This document shows, in pieces, positions 28,496-41,147 of a DNA stretch of 64,000 nucleotides. Made by a program: the position numbers and the translations under genes. Position 1 is the first letter of the stretch; each line of letters starts with the position of its first letter. The notes under the pieces are model-generated. The model was not told where the DNA came from. It did not search any database and was given only the letters and a program-made list of their open reading frames with translations. Origin of the DNA: Eledone cirrhosa (taxonomy: Eukaryota); contig OZ024740.1 in assembly GCA_964016885.1 (NCBI GenBank), positions 392,646,001 to 392,710,000 on the forward strand, read 5' to 3'.

Positions 28496-28843
28496 GTTCT
28501 TTGAGTCTCAGTCATTGATGTTAGTTAACTGGAAAGTTTGTTGAAATGAATATCAAGCCACTACCTGCAGCCTCAGATATTCAGGACGTATCGGAGGGTT
28601 CTTGCTGTTCCCAGCAAGCATGCCTTTTGAAGCGTTCCAAAAAGCGTGGCGGGGCCAATTTTCTTTTACCATCCATGGAAACTTTTTGAGATAGTACCTA
28701 GTGCGCCTATGACAATCGGGACCACTTTGACTTCATGGCAGTTCCAAATCCTTTTTACCTCCCACTTTAAGTCCTGGTATCGGTTAATTTTCTCCCTCTC
28801 CTTCTCTTGCACTCTCGTGTCGAATGGGCAGGCCACATCCACA
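28496..28843 (-). mobile_element. 5'-truncated copy of the R4/Dong-like element, in (ATT)n
   Basis: Close reverse-complement match to ~39193-39543; (ATT)n on both sides. Confidence 0.93.
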
Positions 28844-29072
28844 TTATTATTATTATTATTATTATTGGTCTAAGCGGACGTATTTTGCTCGCTCACAGTA
28901 AGTCGCTTTATTTGCCTGTTTAAATTATTTTGTTGTTAAATATTTCTTGTTGTGTAAGGTTTATAAGCCCTTAGACTTTGCCCCGTGAAGGGGAAAGTAT
29001 AATATTTGGGCCTTTTGGCCCAAATATTTGAACTTTTTTTACATGTTAAAAAATTTACGAAGAAAAAAAAAC

Positions 29073-31041
29073 ATGGCTGAGCCACGCCCCCCAGCGATAT
29101 GTCGGCTGTCGTGCGACAACGACGTAGAAGTTGAAAGGAGAGCTACAGCGAAATTAACACACATTGACAACACAAACACCACCACAAACAAGGTAAACAA
29201 AGACACCAATGATACCAATAAGAACTCTAATTTGAAAAAGAATGACAGTAACAGCGACAACGAAAATACAGATAACAAAAATAAAATAACAAATACAACA
29301 ACAATATCAACACCACTAACATGAAAACAAATAGCGACAACACCAACAGCAACAATACCAACTGCACCGAGAACAACGGTAGCAGCAAAGACAACAATGA
29401 TAACAGCGACAGTGCTAACAACAACACCAACAAGAACAACGTCAACAACACCCCCAACGAAAACAAGACCACTTTCGCTGCGGCAGCAGCAAAAAAGAGG
29501 CCATGCTTCAACATGGACCTCTCAAACAAAGATGAAAAGTTGGCCCAGGCATGGAAGCTCATCAAGCAAGAGCAAACTTGGGCCAACTTAACTGTCCCGG
29601 TAGAAGCTATTGAGGCAGTGGAGCGCAAAACGGTGCATTATAGATGCATCTCAGCACAAACCAAAAGGGCAGCGTTAATCCCACAAGAAGATATCGAAGT
29701 CGCGCTGAGGTGCATCAGAGAAGACACCCAGTACATAGAGAGGGGCAGACAGTACGGCACCATTTCGGTGTTGTTCAAGTCAGAAGCCCTCGCGATGAAA
29801 CACGCCATGACTCCTTGCAAAACCATCAAGGTCATAATGTACCCCTCCCACATGGGGAAAAGAACGGCCTGTCTCCGCAGTCCCAGAATCCCACCAGGAC
29901 TTGACATGTGGTGGCTTCTGGGATGTGTGATTGTGGAGGGGACGGATACAGTCCCTATAGAAGTGACCAGAACGGCCAGAGAGGACTGGTCCGGGGTTGA
30001 CCTAGAGATCCTTCTCCAGATCAGGCCCGAGAATGTGAAGACAATCCCAGACCACATCCGCCTTCAGAATGGGACTGTCATTCACATTATGACCGAAGGC
30101 AAAAGGCCGCAGTGTTTTGTTTGTGGGGAAAAAACCCATTTGCGAGCCTTCTGCCCTCAACTGCTGAAAGAGGCAAGGGGTCGAAAGGCTCCACTGCTGC
30201 CGACGCTGGAGCGAGGACCACAACCAACACCTGCACCGGCAAAACCATCAACAACAACACCAATAGAAAGGCCACCACCAACATTGACCATCCAGGGGGG
30301 AAACGAGGGAAGCTGTCAAATTCCCCCCCCCCCCCAAAAAAAATACACACACCTTAAACATACATACAGACACACTTACAGAAACAGACCCCTAATCTAC
30401 CAGTAGTGAAAATGAGGGAAATCCAAAATCCCCCAAAATACAAAAAAGGAAACACAAAAAGAAAAAAACTCAACAAAGCACAAAAGAACCCACAATAAAA
30501 AAACGCAGACACCACCCACGCAAACATCTATCCAATAACACCAGCATCAACACCACCATCACCATCACCAGAATCCCCCAAACGCAAACAACCGAAACAG
30601 ACGCAAGAACAAATATACACACAAACATCTGAAACCACAGACATCGCACTCACAACAAACACAGATACAACCGAAACAACACCACCAAAACCATCACCAC
30701 CACAGCCACGCAAACAAATAAAATCACACCAACAAAACATACAAAACTTCGTGCTCGTCAGGAGGGCCAACAAGGAACTGATGGCCCTCGTAGCACGAAG
30801 TGAAAATATACGAAAAGTGGGGGAAATGTTTAAATCGAGCACATTTCGCGTGCCGGAAGATTTGGTTCTGGTGCGAATGTCGCTCGACATATTCAAAGAA
30901 ATACGAGACAGCTTTCCCCGGGACGTGGGAACCCCGAACGTAAAACCCACTTCAAGACTTTTAAAGGGGTTCCCAAAAGAAACCCCACTATCTATGGAGG
31001 TCGAACAACCCGACCTTCACAAGAGCTCGGAAGGTAAGTAA
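29073..31041 (+). pseudogene. Tx1 ORF1 (frameshifted)
   Basis: ORF pieces 29028-29324, 29321-30406, 30751-31041; Asn/Thr-rich N-terminus, zinc knuckle. Confidence 0.8.
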
Positions 31042-31072
31042 ACCTTCCTCGTTCTTTGTTTAACCTGCCAAC

Positions 31073-34000
31073 ATGGCCGTATTAAGAGTAGGATGTTTAA
31101 ATGTTCGAGGCCTGGGATCGTCCTGGAAGCAGGGTCACCTGCTCAACGACCTCAGGTCTATAGAAATGAATGTAATTGCAGTCAGCGAGACCAGGATTTC
31201 CGATACGCGCGCACTAACTCCCATTTTCGACGACTATCAGATCTTTGCATCTGTTAACCAGCCGGGAATGGGAGGCGGGTGGCAGTGCTGTTTAGGAAAG
31301 GCCTGGATCTCGAGGTAAGGTCGATCTTCCGGGACCCGGACGGGAAGTTGGTGGTCCTGGACGTGAACAATAATGAAGGTGGTGCCTTTAGACTGGTGGC
31401 CGTCTATGCTCCTATTGGGGCAGGACGGCCGGACTTCTTTAGACGCCTGGAAGCCTTTCTGGGCACGTCTCGCCCTTTACTGTTAGCGGGGGACTGGAAC
31501 GGGATCTTAGACGCACGCTGGGACTGTGTGGGAGTATCCGATAGGAGCGGGGGGTGCAAAAGCCTCAAGAACCTGATCAGCCAGTTCCAACTGTCTGAAG
31601 GTACCGACTAGATTTCCCTAATGCGCCAGTGTGGACCGGGGCTAACCGCATAGGGTCATCTAGATCGTATATAGACAGGATATTCATTAGGAAAATAGAC
31701 AGAAATAGTGTAAGCTGTCCACGTTTTGAAACGGTCGCCTATTCAGATCACAAGTTTGTGATCTGTATGGTCGACCTAGATAAGACGCGTAGGTTAGGAC
31801 CTGGTTACTGGAAGCTAAACATGTCATTTCCGGCTTACAGGGACCAGGTCAACAATTTAGTTAAGAAAAATTTTGACAGGGGGAGTCGTCAACAATAGAT
31901 GGTGGAGGGCTCTCAAAAGAGAGATTAGAGTAATGTCGATAGAGTTTAACAAAGAAGTAGCATTAGAGAAAAATAGAAAGGAGGGAGAGTTGGTAGATAA
32001 GTTAGACGAGGCTATTGGTAGTGGCATTGCAACTGATGTGCTAGCGGCGAGAATGGCATTAGACCATTTCTTCAATGCGAAACACGAAGGTTGCATTGTC
32101 AGAGCTAAGGCGCGTGCTCTGAGAAACGAGGGAACCAAAGCTGTTCGATGGGCCCGCGTGGCAGAGGCGCAGCGTGGTAATAAAACCACGATTCGGTCTT
32201 TGACGGACCGAGACGGGCTCGAGCTGAGCGATTCCAAGCGGATGTGTGAGGACTTTCGCCAACATTTTGTTGTTCGGGGAAGTGGCGGGTCAGAGATGGT
32301 GGCGGACTTCAGTCCCTACCTCTATGGCTTGCCGCAACTCTCGACGGCTGACGCTGGGCGCTGCGAAAGGCCAATTACTTCAGCCGAGATTCAGGATGCC
32401 CTTGTAGGCTGCATGAGGCGCAAGTCACCCGGTTTGGATGGTCTGCCCTACGAGCTTTACGTAAATATGCCAGACGTGTTCTCCAATCTCCTCGAAGCGC
32501 TCTACTGCAACTGGCAGCAAACGGGAGTATTCCCAGTTCTGTGAGCCGGGGCGTAGTGACACTGATACGGAAAGACGAGAACAAGAGGGACACACTAGAC
32601 AATTTCAGGCCCATAACTCTGCTCAACACAGAGTTTAAGATTTGGGCTAGGGTGTTAGCGAAGAGGTTGGCGCTTGTCGTCGGGGATTTGGTTGGGGAGG
32701 CGCAAACTTTCGCAATCCCAACCAGGTCCATACACGACAATCTCCACCTAATGCGATACATCATAGAGAGGGTAGGGTGTAAATCTGGCTTCGGTGGGGC
32801 CCTGATCAATTTAGATCAATCGAAAGCATTCGATAGGGTCGACCATCGGTACCTGGAGGCTGTCCTCAAGGCGGCTGGCTTCGGCCCCGTCTTCAGAAGC
32901 TGGATCGCTGCAATGCACAGCGGCACCTGCTCGATGGTCAAAATTAATGGCCACCTCTCGGAACCGTTTCAGGTCTCCCTATCGGTCCGTCAAGGGTGCC
33001 CTCTCTCCTCCCTTCTGTACTTATTGACTCTCGAGCCTTTACTGCGGAAGCTGGAGCTGTTGCAGGGCATCCCGCTCGAACCGGGACGCGGAAAGGCTGT
33101 GTCGGCTTATGCGGACGACATCACCGTGATGGTGTCGGACACCTCAGAAATCGAGGTGGTCGGCAACTCATTGGAGGAATATGAAAGGTTGACGGGAGCA
33201 AAACTTAACCCTGAAAAGTAAGTGGGCTTGCAACTTGGCACCTGGAGAGGCAAGTCCATGCCGTCCAACAGCGTCGTTAGGCGCTGGACGGACCGGTAAA
33301 GTTGCTAGGGGTTTGGTTCGGGCCAGACCTCCAGGTGGATAAGAATTGGGACGAGGTGACGGGCAGGGTAGTCAGTCTCACCCAGAAATGGGCTTGGATG
33401 AAGCTATCACTGAAAGGTCTGGCGGAGGTGGCGAATGCGTACATCGCGTCCGTCATCTACTACCGTCTGAGTGTCGTCCCTTGCCCCCGTTCGCGCCTCG
33501 CCATCTTGGAGCGGCTCCTCTTCAAATTCTTGTGGAGGGGTCAGGTTCCGCTGGTGAGGCGGTCCATCTGCTGCCAGCACCCTCTACGTGGAGGGCTGGG
33601 CACGCCGTGGCTAATGATGCGCAGGCACGCGCTGAGGCTGCGGCATCTCCAGATATTCTGCCTAAACGGTGAACAGGTGTGGTCGCCGTTTGTCAGACGG
33701 GTCTTTCCGCAGCTCGTTTCTTTGACTGAGTTGCAGTCCTGGGTCAAGAAGAGACTGAGACTGGGTGACTGGCATCTGGAATGTTGCCAGACACTCACTT
33801 ACTCTACCAGGCGGGCAATGCGGTCAGTGGAACTTCCACTCTCGAGTTCTATAGAGGATTAGTGGTGGGCAAGTGCGACGACGCACTCGGGGAGGCTCTG
33901 GGAGTCAACGAAGTCGAACTAACCAGTCTGTACCGGAGGACTTTCGAGCCGGGGACGATGGATTATTTCCAAAAATCCCTCGCTTGGCAGTGCTACCAGA

Positions 34001-34473
34001 GGGCACTACCGGTTCGAGATAAACTCTACAGGCACGGAAGTGCTGTCAGACGGACCTGCCCGAGATGCGCGCAGAGCGACGAAACCGTTCTGCACGCACT
34101 CGTCCAGTGTCCGTGCATTACTGACTTGTGGAGTTATGTTGAACAGCTGTTGTCGTGTGAAGAACGGATCCGGCTATCGGCCGAGTCCATAGTGAAGATC
34201 GACCCGCCGCCTTCTTTTGGCCAGGAAGGGTAGGCAATTTTCCTCTGTCTGGTGGCAGTAGCGAAAGAGGTTGTATGGTGGACGAGGTTGAAAGGACTGA
34301 AGACAGACACTTTTCTCTTCGGCCAATCCCTCATCAACTTTTTCAAGTTTCACTTGGAAAAGAAGGTGAGGGTGGAGAGAGAAGTGCTGCCCCCCAGTAC
34401 ATTTGCTGAAAGGTGGGTGAATGTGGCGAGAATGGCCCGTGTGAGTGGGCCTACTCTGGTCATGCGGCTGTAG
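31073..34473 (+). pseudogene. Tx1 ORF2 (EN-RT), multiple frameshifts and stops
   Basis: Consecutive ORF pieces 31073-34473 carry EN, RT and zinc-finger motifs in order. Confidence 0.92.
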
Positions 34474-34920
34474 GTAGGTAAATTTGAAGAGGAGAGGGGG
34501 TGCCCTTCCAGGGTTCTCTCGAAGCGTCGGGTCGTTCAGGATGGTGGCGTACCTGAGCGAACCCTAGGTGGTCATCTCCCCATATTGGGGAATGTTTTCT
34601 TGTTGTAATTTTCTTGTTACTTTATTGTTACTTTGTTATTGTTACTTTGTTTATTCATATTGTTTACTCGATTTTTCTGTAAAACCCCACTGTCCCAGTC
34701 TTTTGTATTGTCCCCTATATGTCGGCCCTTGTGGCCAATAAATGAAATTATTATTATTATTATTATTACTATATATATATATATATATAGCATTTTAAAG
34801 GGTCCGTCGAGCTGCCGATTATAGAGTCGGGTAAGATCGATACAGATCGAACCTTGAGCGAAACGCGCGTCACCTACCAATAAATGTATTGAAGGAGTAA
34901 CCAATCGTCCTTGTTATCCT

Positions 34921-35001
<81 letters not shown>

Positions 35002-35002
<1 letters not shown>

Positions 35003-38000
35003 GGGAAGAAGACGCACGAGGTGACGGAGGTCATGAAATCGCTCCCGTAAGTTTTGAATTTTTAACATATTTAAATCATTTGTGAAATAACAACTCTTAG
35101 TACAAATGCTACGTAAAGCACCCGGCTTGAGCCCCAAAAAATTCGGACCCAAAATATATTGTTATAAGGCTCAAATATTCAAATATTCAACTTTGTATTG
35201 TACACTGTATATCCAAAAAAGAAAATGGCTATAAATGGAAGAAGAACCCCCCCCCCCCTCCTCCTCTGTCTACACTATATAGAACAGCCAAACTCACCAA
35301 CACCAGAAACTAGATACACCACCCACCCCATCACCTGTGTACACTAAACCACCACCGCTCACTACGGCCATCATTACAACCATTATCCCATCACCGCCGC
35401 CACCACCCCTTCACTCCTTCACTGCTACCACCGCTACAGCACCATCACTACAGTAATACGGTCACATCACCGCCACCACTGCCTCGGTATCGACATCACC
35501 ACCACCACTGTCTCAGTATCGCTACCGCCGCCAGTCTCCCACCTCCGCCAGCTGGCTGCTGCCACCACATTATAGAATCCCTACTGCTAAAAAAGAGGAA
35601 GGCATCAAAATATATAGATAGACTCAAAAGAAAAAAGAAAAAACAAACAAAACCAAAGCAGCACAGCAACAACAGCAAAAAACGAGAAAAACAAACAGAG
35701 AAAAACAAAAACAAAAAAAAAACAAAAAAAAAAACAAAACAAAAAACCCCCAAAACGTAAAGAAAATAAGAATGAAGAGAGAAGCAGGCGGACGGACAGA
35801 GAAGAGGGGGGAAAAACTAAAACTTAAAAAACAAAAACTAAGTCAGACATTCGAACACTACATTACAATGAAACTTATGCTTATTCATTTTTGGGGCCCT
35901 TTCTGCCTGTGTGTTTGTTTGTTTATGTGTGTTCGTATACAGCGTGGTGATAATGCCACACAAGGGCCAAGTGGAATGGCGGATCCACAGATGGATATGT
36001 AACCATACATTCGCCAATCCTCGATAAGAGTGTTTAAATATCGAACATAAACAGTTCGAATAACGGTGAAATGGAGACTAGAACGTCATGTGACAGACTC
36101 TCACCCAACAGGTGCCCCCTGGCTCAGCAGCAGGAACCTGACTGTCAACCAAATACTGCTGATGTTGGAGGAAGGAGATGAAGGAAAGGGGCCAGAACCA
36201 ACTGGACGAAAGAATTGAATAGAACTGTTATGCAATGTTACCTGAAAAGTAACCCCAAGGAGAGGGGCTACAGGAGACGGATGCATAACATCTGGAACGA
36301 GATTGGTTTATTTAAATTAGATGAACAAAAATTGGCCGGGCAGGCTCGGGTAATAAGAACTAATGGATGGATAAGCGAGATGGAACTGGAGGAACTGAGC
36401 AGAGAGAATGGCTTGGAGATGGCGGGTGTAGTATGCCAGACAAGCGAGCCAGTGGGAAATGAAGGTGAAGAGGTCCTGAGAACGGAGGAACCACCCGAAG
36501 CAGACAATGATCTGAATACTGAAATAAATAATACCTGGAACAGAGATACGGCCACTGAGGAGATGAATGCTGACGGGCTAGGACAAGATTCGGTTGACAT
36601 CCTAAATTTAGTGGTAGATGAATTGAACAATGATAGTGGGAGACCTATGAACCTAAGATTTGTAGACAGGAAAAAGTTAAAAGAAACAACAGCTAAGGTA
36701 AACAAAGTCATCCCATACCTTGAGGCGAGGAGCCTTCACCAGTGCAACAATATCCTCAAAGCAACAGCAAATACGGTGAGGAAACTACTTGGTATAAAAG
36801 CGAGAGGAAACAACAGACAAGAAAGAGCAGAGCCGTGGTGGAAGAAGCGACTGAGTGGGCAAATCGGGGAAATGAGAAATGACATAGGAAAGCTTGAGTC
36901 ACTACTGAATGGGACACTAAAAAACATAGGCACTAAAAATAGACTGGAAATAAAATACAAAACTAGGAGGAAAAAGCTAAATATTATCATAGAGGAACTG
37001 AAGCAACGCATTGTAGCAAAGAGTGCAAAAATCAGGCGATACGAGAACAGAGTCAGTCAGTATAAACAGAACCGCATGTTCGACAACAACCAGAAGATGC
37101 TGTTTGGACAGCTTGAGGGGAAAGAAAGAGGCAACGACTTGATCCCTGGGGCGGAGCAAACTAAAACATTCTGGAGAGGAATATGGGAGCAGGATGTTAG
37201 ACACAATGCCCAGGCAGGGTGGATTGAGACAGTACAGAGGGAGATCGGCGAGCAGGCACAACAACAAACTGATTTGAGTATCACAGTTGAAACTCTTAAG
37301 GGGCAGGCCAAAAAACTAACCAACTGGAAATCACCAGGCCCAGATGGTGTGCAGGGGTATTGGATTAAACATTTAACATCCCTCCACCCGAAGCTGACGG
37401 CCATGTTCAATGACTGCTTGGTGTCGGGTGAGGTGCCAGAGTGGTTGACAAAAGGTACCACAGTTCTGATAATGAAAGACCGAATCAAGGGTAATGATGT
37501 TACCAACTATAGACCTATCACATGTCTGTCCGTAATGTGGAAACTGTTGACGAGCATTGTGTCTGAGGAAATCTACCATCACCTCCACACAAACAACTTG
37601 TTACCGGACGAACAGAAAGGATGCCGAAAGAAGTCACGTGGTACAAAGGACCAGTTACTTATTGATAAGATGGTAATGGGGAATTGCAGGAGGAGACACA
37701 CTGATCTTGCCATGGGATGGATAGACTACAGAAAGGCATTTAACATGGTGCCTCATTCCTGGATCACCAAAAGCCTGGAGATCTTCAGGGTGGCAGATAA
37801 CATCAGACAGTTGCTGGGCAGGAGTATGGGGTCCTGGGAGACAGAGTTGACATCAACTGGAGTATCCTTGGGAAGCGTGAAGATCAAGAGAGGTATCTTC
37901 CAGGGAGATAGCCTGTCCCCTCTGTTGTTTGTCTTTGCCCTGATGCCCTTGACCATTATGCTGCGAAAAGTGAGAGCAGGATACAAGTTGGGAAGGGGAG

Positions 38001-39543
38001 AGCTTACCATCAATCACCTCCTCTTCATGGACGATCTTAAGCTCTTCGGGAAAAGTGAGAAGGAGTTGGATGTGCTTGTTGACACTGTCCGTATTTTCAG
38101 CAGTGATATATGTATGCAGTTTGGTATTGGTAAATGTGGAGTCATTGTGATGAAGAGGGGTAGGTTGAGCAGAAGTAACGGGATCCAGATACCAACAGGT
38201 GAGATGATAAAGGAAATTGACTCTGAGGAAGGATACAAGTATTTGGGCGTTCTGGAGGCTGATGGCATAAAGAACAAAAAAATGAAGGAATTGTTAAGAA
38301 CTGAATACATTCGGAGAGTAAGGAGCGTATTGAAGTCACATCTGAACAGCAGAAATGCCATAAGCGCAGTAAATTCCCGAGCTGTGTCTATTATTAGGTA
38401 CAGTGCGGGAATTCTGAGATGGAATGTTGCTGAACAAAAAGAAATGGATAGGAAGACTAGGAAGCTATTGACTATCTACAACATGTTCCACAAGAGGAGT
38501 GATGTCGATAGACTCTACCTAAGGAGATCTGAGGGTGGAAGAGGTCTTATCAGCATAGAGGACTGTGTTCAGATGGAGAAAAACAACCTATACAAATACG
38601 TGACCTATAGTAAGGAGCCAATGCTCAGAACTGTACTGAAGGAGGGGACAGTAGGCCAGGGGATGTCCAAGGAGGAAATAACATCAAGGAGGAAGAGCAG
38701 CCTTAAGGGAAAATCCCTTCATAGTACCTTCTTTGAGAAAACTGAATTTAGAGATCCACAGACATGGAACTGGTTGAGAAGAGGAGACCTCAAAAAGGCT
38801 ACAGAAGGAATGCTAATGGCTGCGCAGGAGTAGGCCCTCAAAACGAAGTGGTTGAAGCACCATATCTACAAGGAGGAGGCTAGCCCACTGTGCAGGATCT
38901 GTGGAGAGAGAGAGGAGACTGTGGCTCACATTGTGTCCGAGTGTAAACACCTAGCCCAGACCCACTATAAGGGCTGGAGACACGATGTGATGGGCAGGGT
39001 GATCCACTGGCACCTGTGCAAAGTAAACAATTTACCACATTCTGAGAAATGGTATGAGCATAGGCCAGAGGCGGTGATGGAGAACAATCAGGTGAAGGTG
39101 CTGTGGGATTTTAGGATACAGACGGACAAAAAACTGGAACACAATAGACCTGACCTGGTGGTTGTGGACAAAGAAAAAAGATCGTGTCTGATTGTGGATG
39201 TGGCCTGCCCGTTCGACACGAGAGTGCAAGAGAAGGAGAGGGAGAAAATTAACCGATACCAGGACCTAAAGTGGGAGGTGAAAAGGATTTGGAACTGCCA
39301 TGAAGTCAAAGTGATCCCGATTGTCATAGGCGCACTGGGGACTATCTCCAAAAGTTTCCAGGGATGGTTAAAGAAAATCGGCCCCGCCACGCTTTTTGGA
39401 ACGCTTCAAAAGGCATGCTTGCTTGGAACAGCAAGAACCCTCCGATACGTCCTGAATATCTGAGGCTGCAGGTAGTGGCTTGATATTCAATCCAACGGAC
39501 TTTCCAGTTAACCAACATCAATGACTGAGATTCAAGGAATAAC
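35002..39543 (+). mobile_element. R4/Dong-like RLE non-LTR retrotransposon between (TAA)n arrays (5' boundary approximate)
   Basis: ORF 36215-39463 with RT (QGDSLSPLLF, FMDD), CCHC (CRIC...H...C), RHD and PD-x-D RLE motifs; (TAA)n at 34953-35001 and 39548-39569. Confidence 0.9.
36215..39463 (+). pseudogene. RT-RLE ORF with one in-frame TAG at 38831-38833
   Basis: 872-aa and 203-aa ORFs are in the same frame; AAQE*AL corresponds to the usual AAQEQAL; the probable start region near 36070 is frameshifted. Confidence 0.9.
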
Positions 39544-39570
39544 AACAATAATAATAATAATAATAATAAA

Positions 39571-40975
39571 ATTGAAGACTAAAATCCAAAGAGGGCTCGA
39601 TAAGGAAAATATATATCAAATATATAAGAACCGTAGAGCAAATATTTATTAAAATAACAGATTAAAGTTTAAGCAAAGAATCGCTGCTTTCACCCTTAAC
39701 GGATCTTCTGAAACTAACAAAGCCAATCTGTAAACGCAGAACTGGATATTTCAAAAAACGTTGCAACCGGAGGAAGACAGGAAGACGATACTTTGGTTCG
39801 TGGTAACGTTCGCTGGCAAAGAACGGGAAAAAACGAATAATACGTCATTAATAGGAGCGGTGAAAAACAATTACGCGCAAAGACAGAACCACGTTTATGG
39901 TATAAAAGAGGTCGTAGACTAATGTTCTCTTAGGTGGTGCATAGAGACGTTCTCTGGCAATGAACGAAAAAACGAAGATAATAAGTCAAATGTGGAGCGT
40001 GGAGAACAATAGCACGCAAAGACAAAATCACGTAAATGGTAAGCAGAAGTCGTAGACTAAAATTCTAACTAGGAGACCAAATGAATCTCCGCTACAGAGT
40101 TAAGAACAAAGTAAATAAATACAATACAGAAGTAATAGAAACAAATAAATACATACACGCAAACAGATACGTACAAACACAAGCATACGCAAAACCTTAC
40201 CATAGGTATACAAAACCACGCACATATAAATATGTGTGTGTGTGTATGCTTGTGTACAAATAAATAAATAATTATATAAACGTATATAAGTAAATAAATA
40301 CGTATATAACAAGCGCACACGCATACCTACATATAAATACACGAATGTTCGGAGACGTAAGTCAACTAAAACAAGAAGTACACATATACACACACCCACC
40401 ATACGTACGAACCTGCATACTCACGCAGACGCAAAACTCCCGTATACACATAGCCAAACCCTAAATACCAGAATATGTAAAAATTATACGCCATAACAGT
40501 CAAATATACGTACGAGAAGGTATACATACCTTCACAAAACATACAGGTAATATATACTTACCTATGCAAATAAGTAAAGGAATAAACAAACATATACTTA
40601 GCTCCCACATCAAGACGTAAAATATCCACGTATAGATCGTGCTATCCGTTAGGGTATAACGTGGGGCTGTAATACAGGAAAGTTTTGTGCAATTTATGTT
40701 TACAAGCCGAAATTGCCTCAGATTTTTTGTTTAAGATGTGGTCTGTGGCGTAGAGTATTTCCAGGCCCTCAGCGGCGCAGAGGTCACATGGTCTGTTATT
40801 TCCGTTATACGATCTAGCCCTAGCTAGGATCTCCCAGTGTAACTTATATTGGGTGTGGTTGTCTTTTAGACTCCAGATATAAGCTGAAAGTGACGTCATA
40901 TTCCTTCTAAGAGGGTAACGAAAAGAATGGGTATGCATGTAAAGACGCTGCTTGAAACTATTGGCGGTTAACACC
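39571..40975 (-). mobile_element. 5'-truncated Naiad-type PLE (reference copy of the CAGAAGA family)
   Basis: GIY-YIG C-terminus ORF 40642-40974 (FKQRL..H..SF, LSAYIWSLK, CDLC..E, CKH); ~1.07-kb 3' UTR with HHR variant. Confidence 0.9.
39666..39715 (-). ncRNA. Hammerhead-like motif with CAGAAGA core (also 4434-4484, 7924-7974, 28117-28166)
   Basis: Minus strand AGTTT CAGAAGA T CC(C) GTTAA GGG T GAAA GCAG CGATTCT TTGC TT AAACT; stems I-III pair. Confidence 0.72.
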
Positions 40976-40995
40976 TAAGAGAACATTAGTCTCTC

Positions 40996-41031
<36 letters not shown>

Positions 41032-41033
41032 AA

Positions 41034-41142
<109 letters not shown>

Positions 41143-41147
41143 TACAA

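Larger units (their letters stand above)
28867..34746 (+). mobile_element. Full-length Tx1/L1-clade LINE, disrupted
   Basis: ORF1 with CCHC knuckle (CFVCGEKTHLRAFC); ORF2 with APE endonuclease (LNVRGL, SET, GDWN, YIDRI, SDH), RT (DQSKAFDRVDH, QGCPLS, YADD) and C-terminal CPRC...H...C; AATAAA followed by (ATT)n; (ATT)n also on the 5' side. Confidence 0.95.

Noticed and set aside
29170-29470. Asn/Thr-rich repeats and antisense hydrophobic ORFs
   Set aside because: Low-complexity N-terminus of Tx1 ORF1 and its reverse strand
38831-38833. Programmed read-through in the Dong-like ORF
   Set aside because: The TAG falls on the conserved Gln of QEQAL; a CAG-to-TAG mutation is simpler
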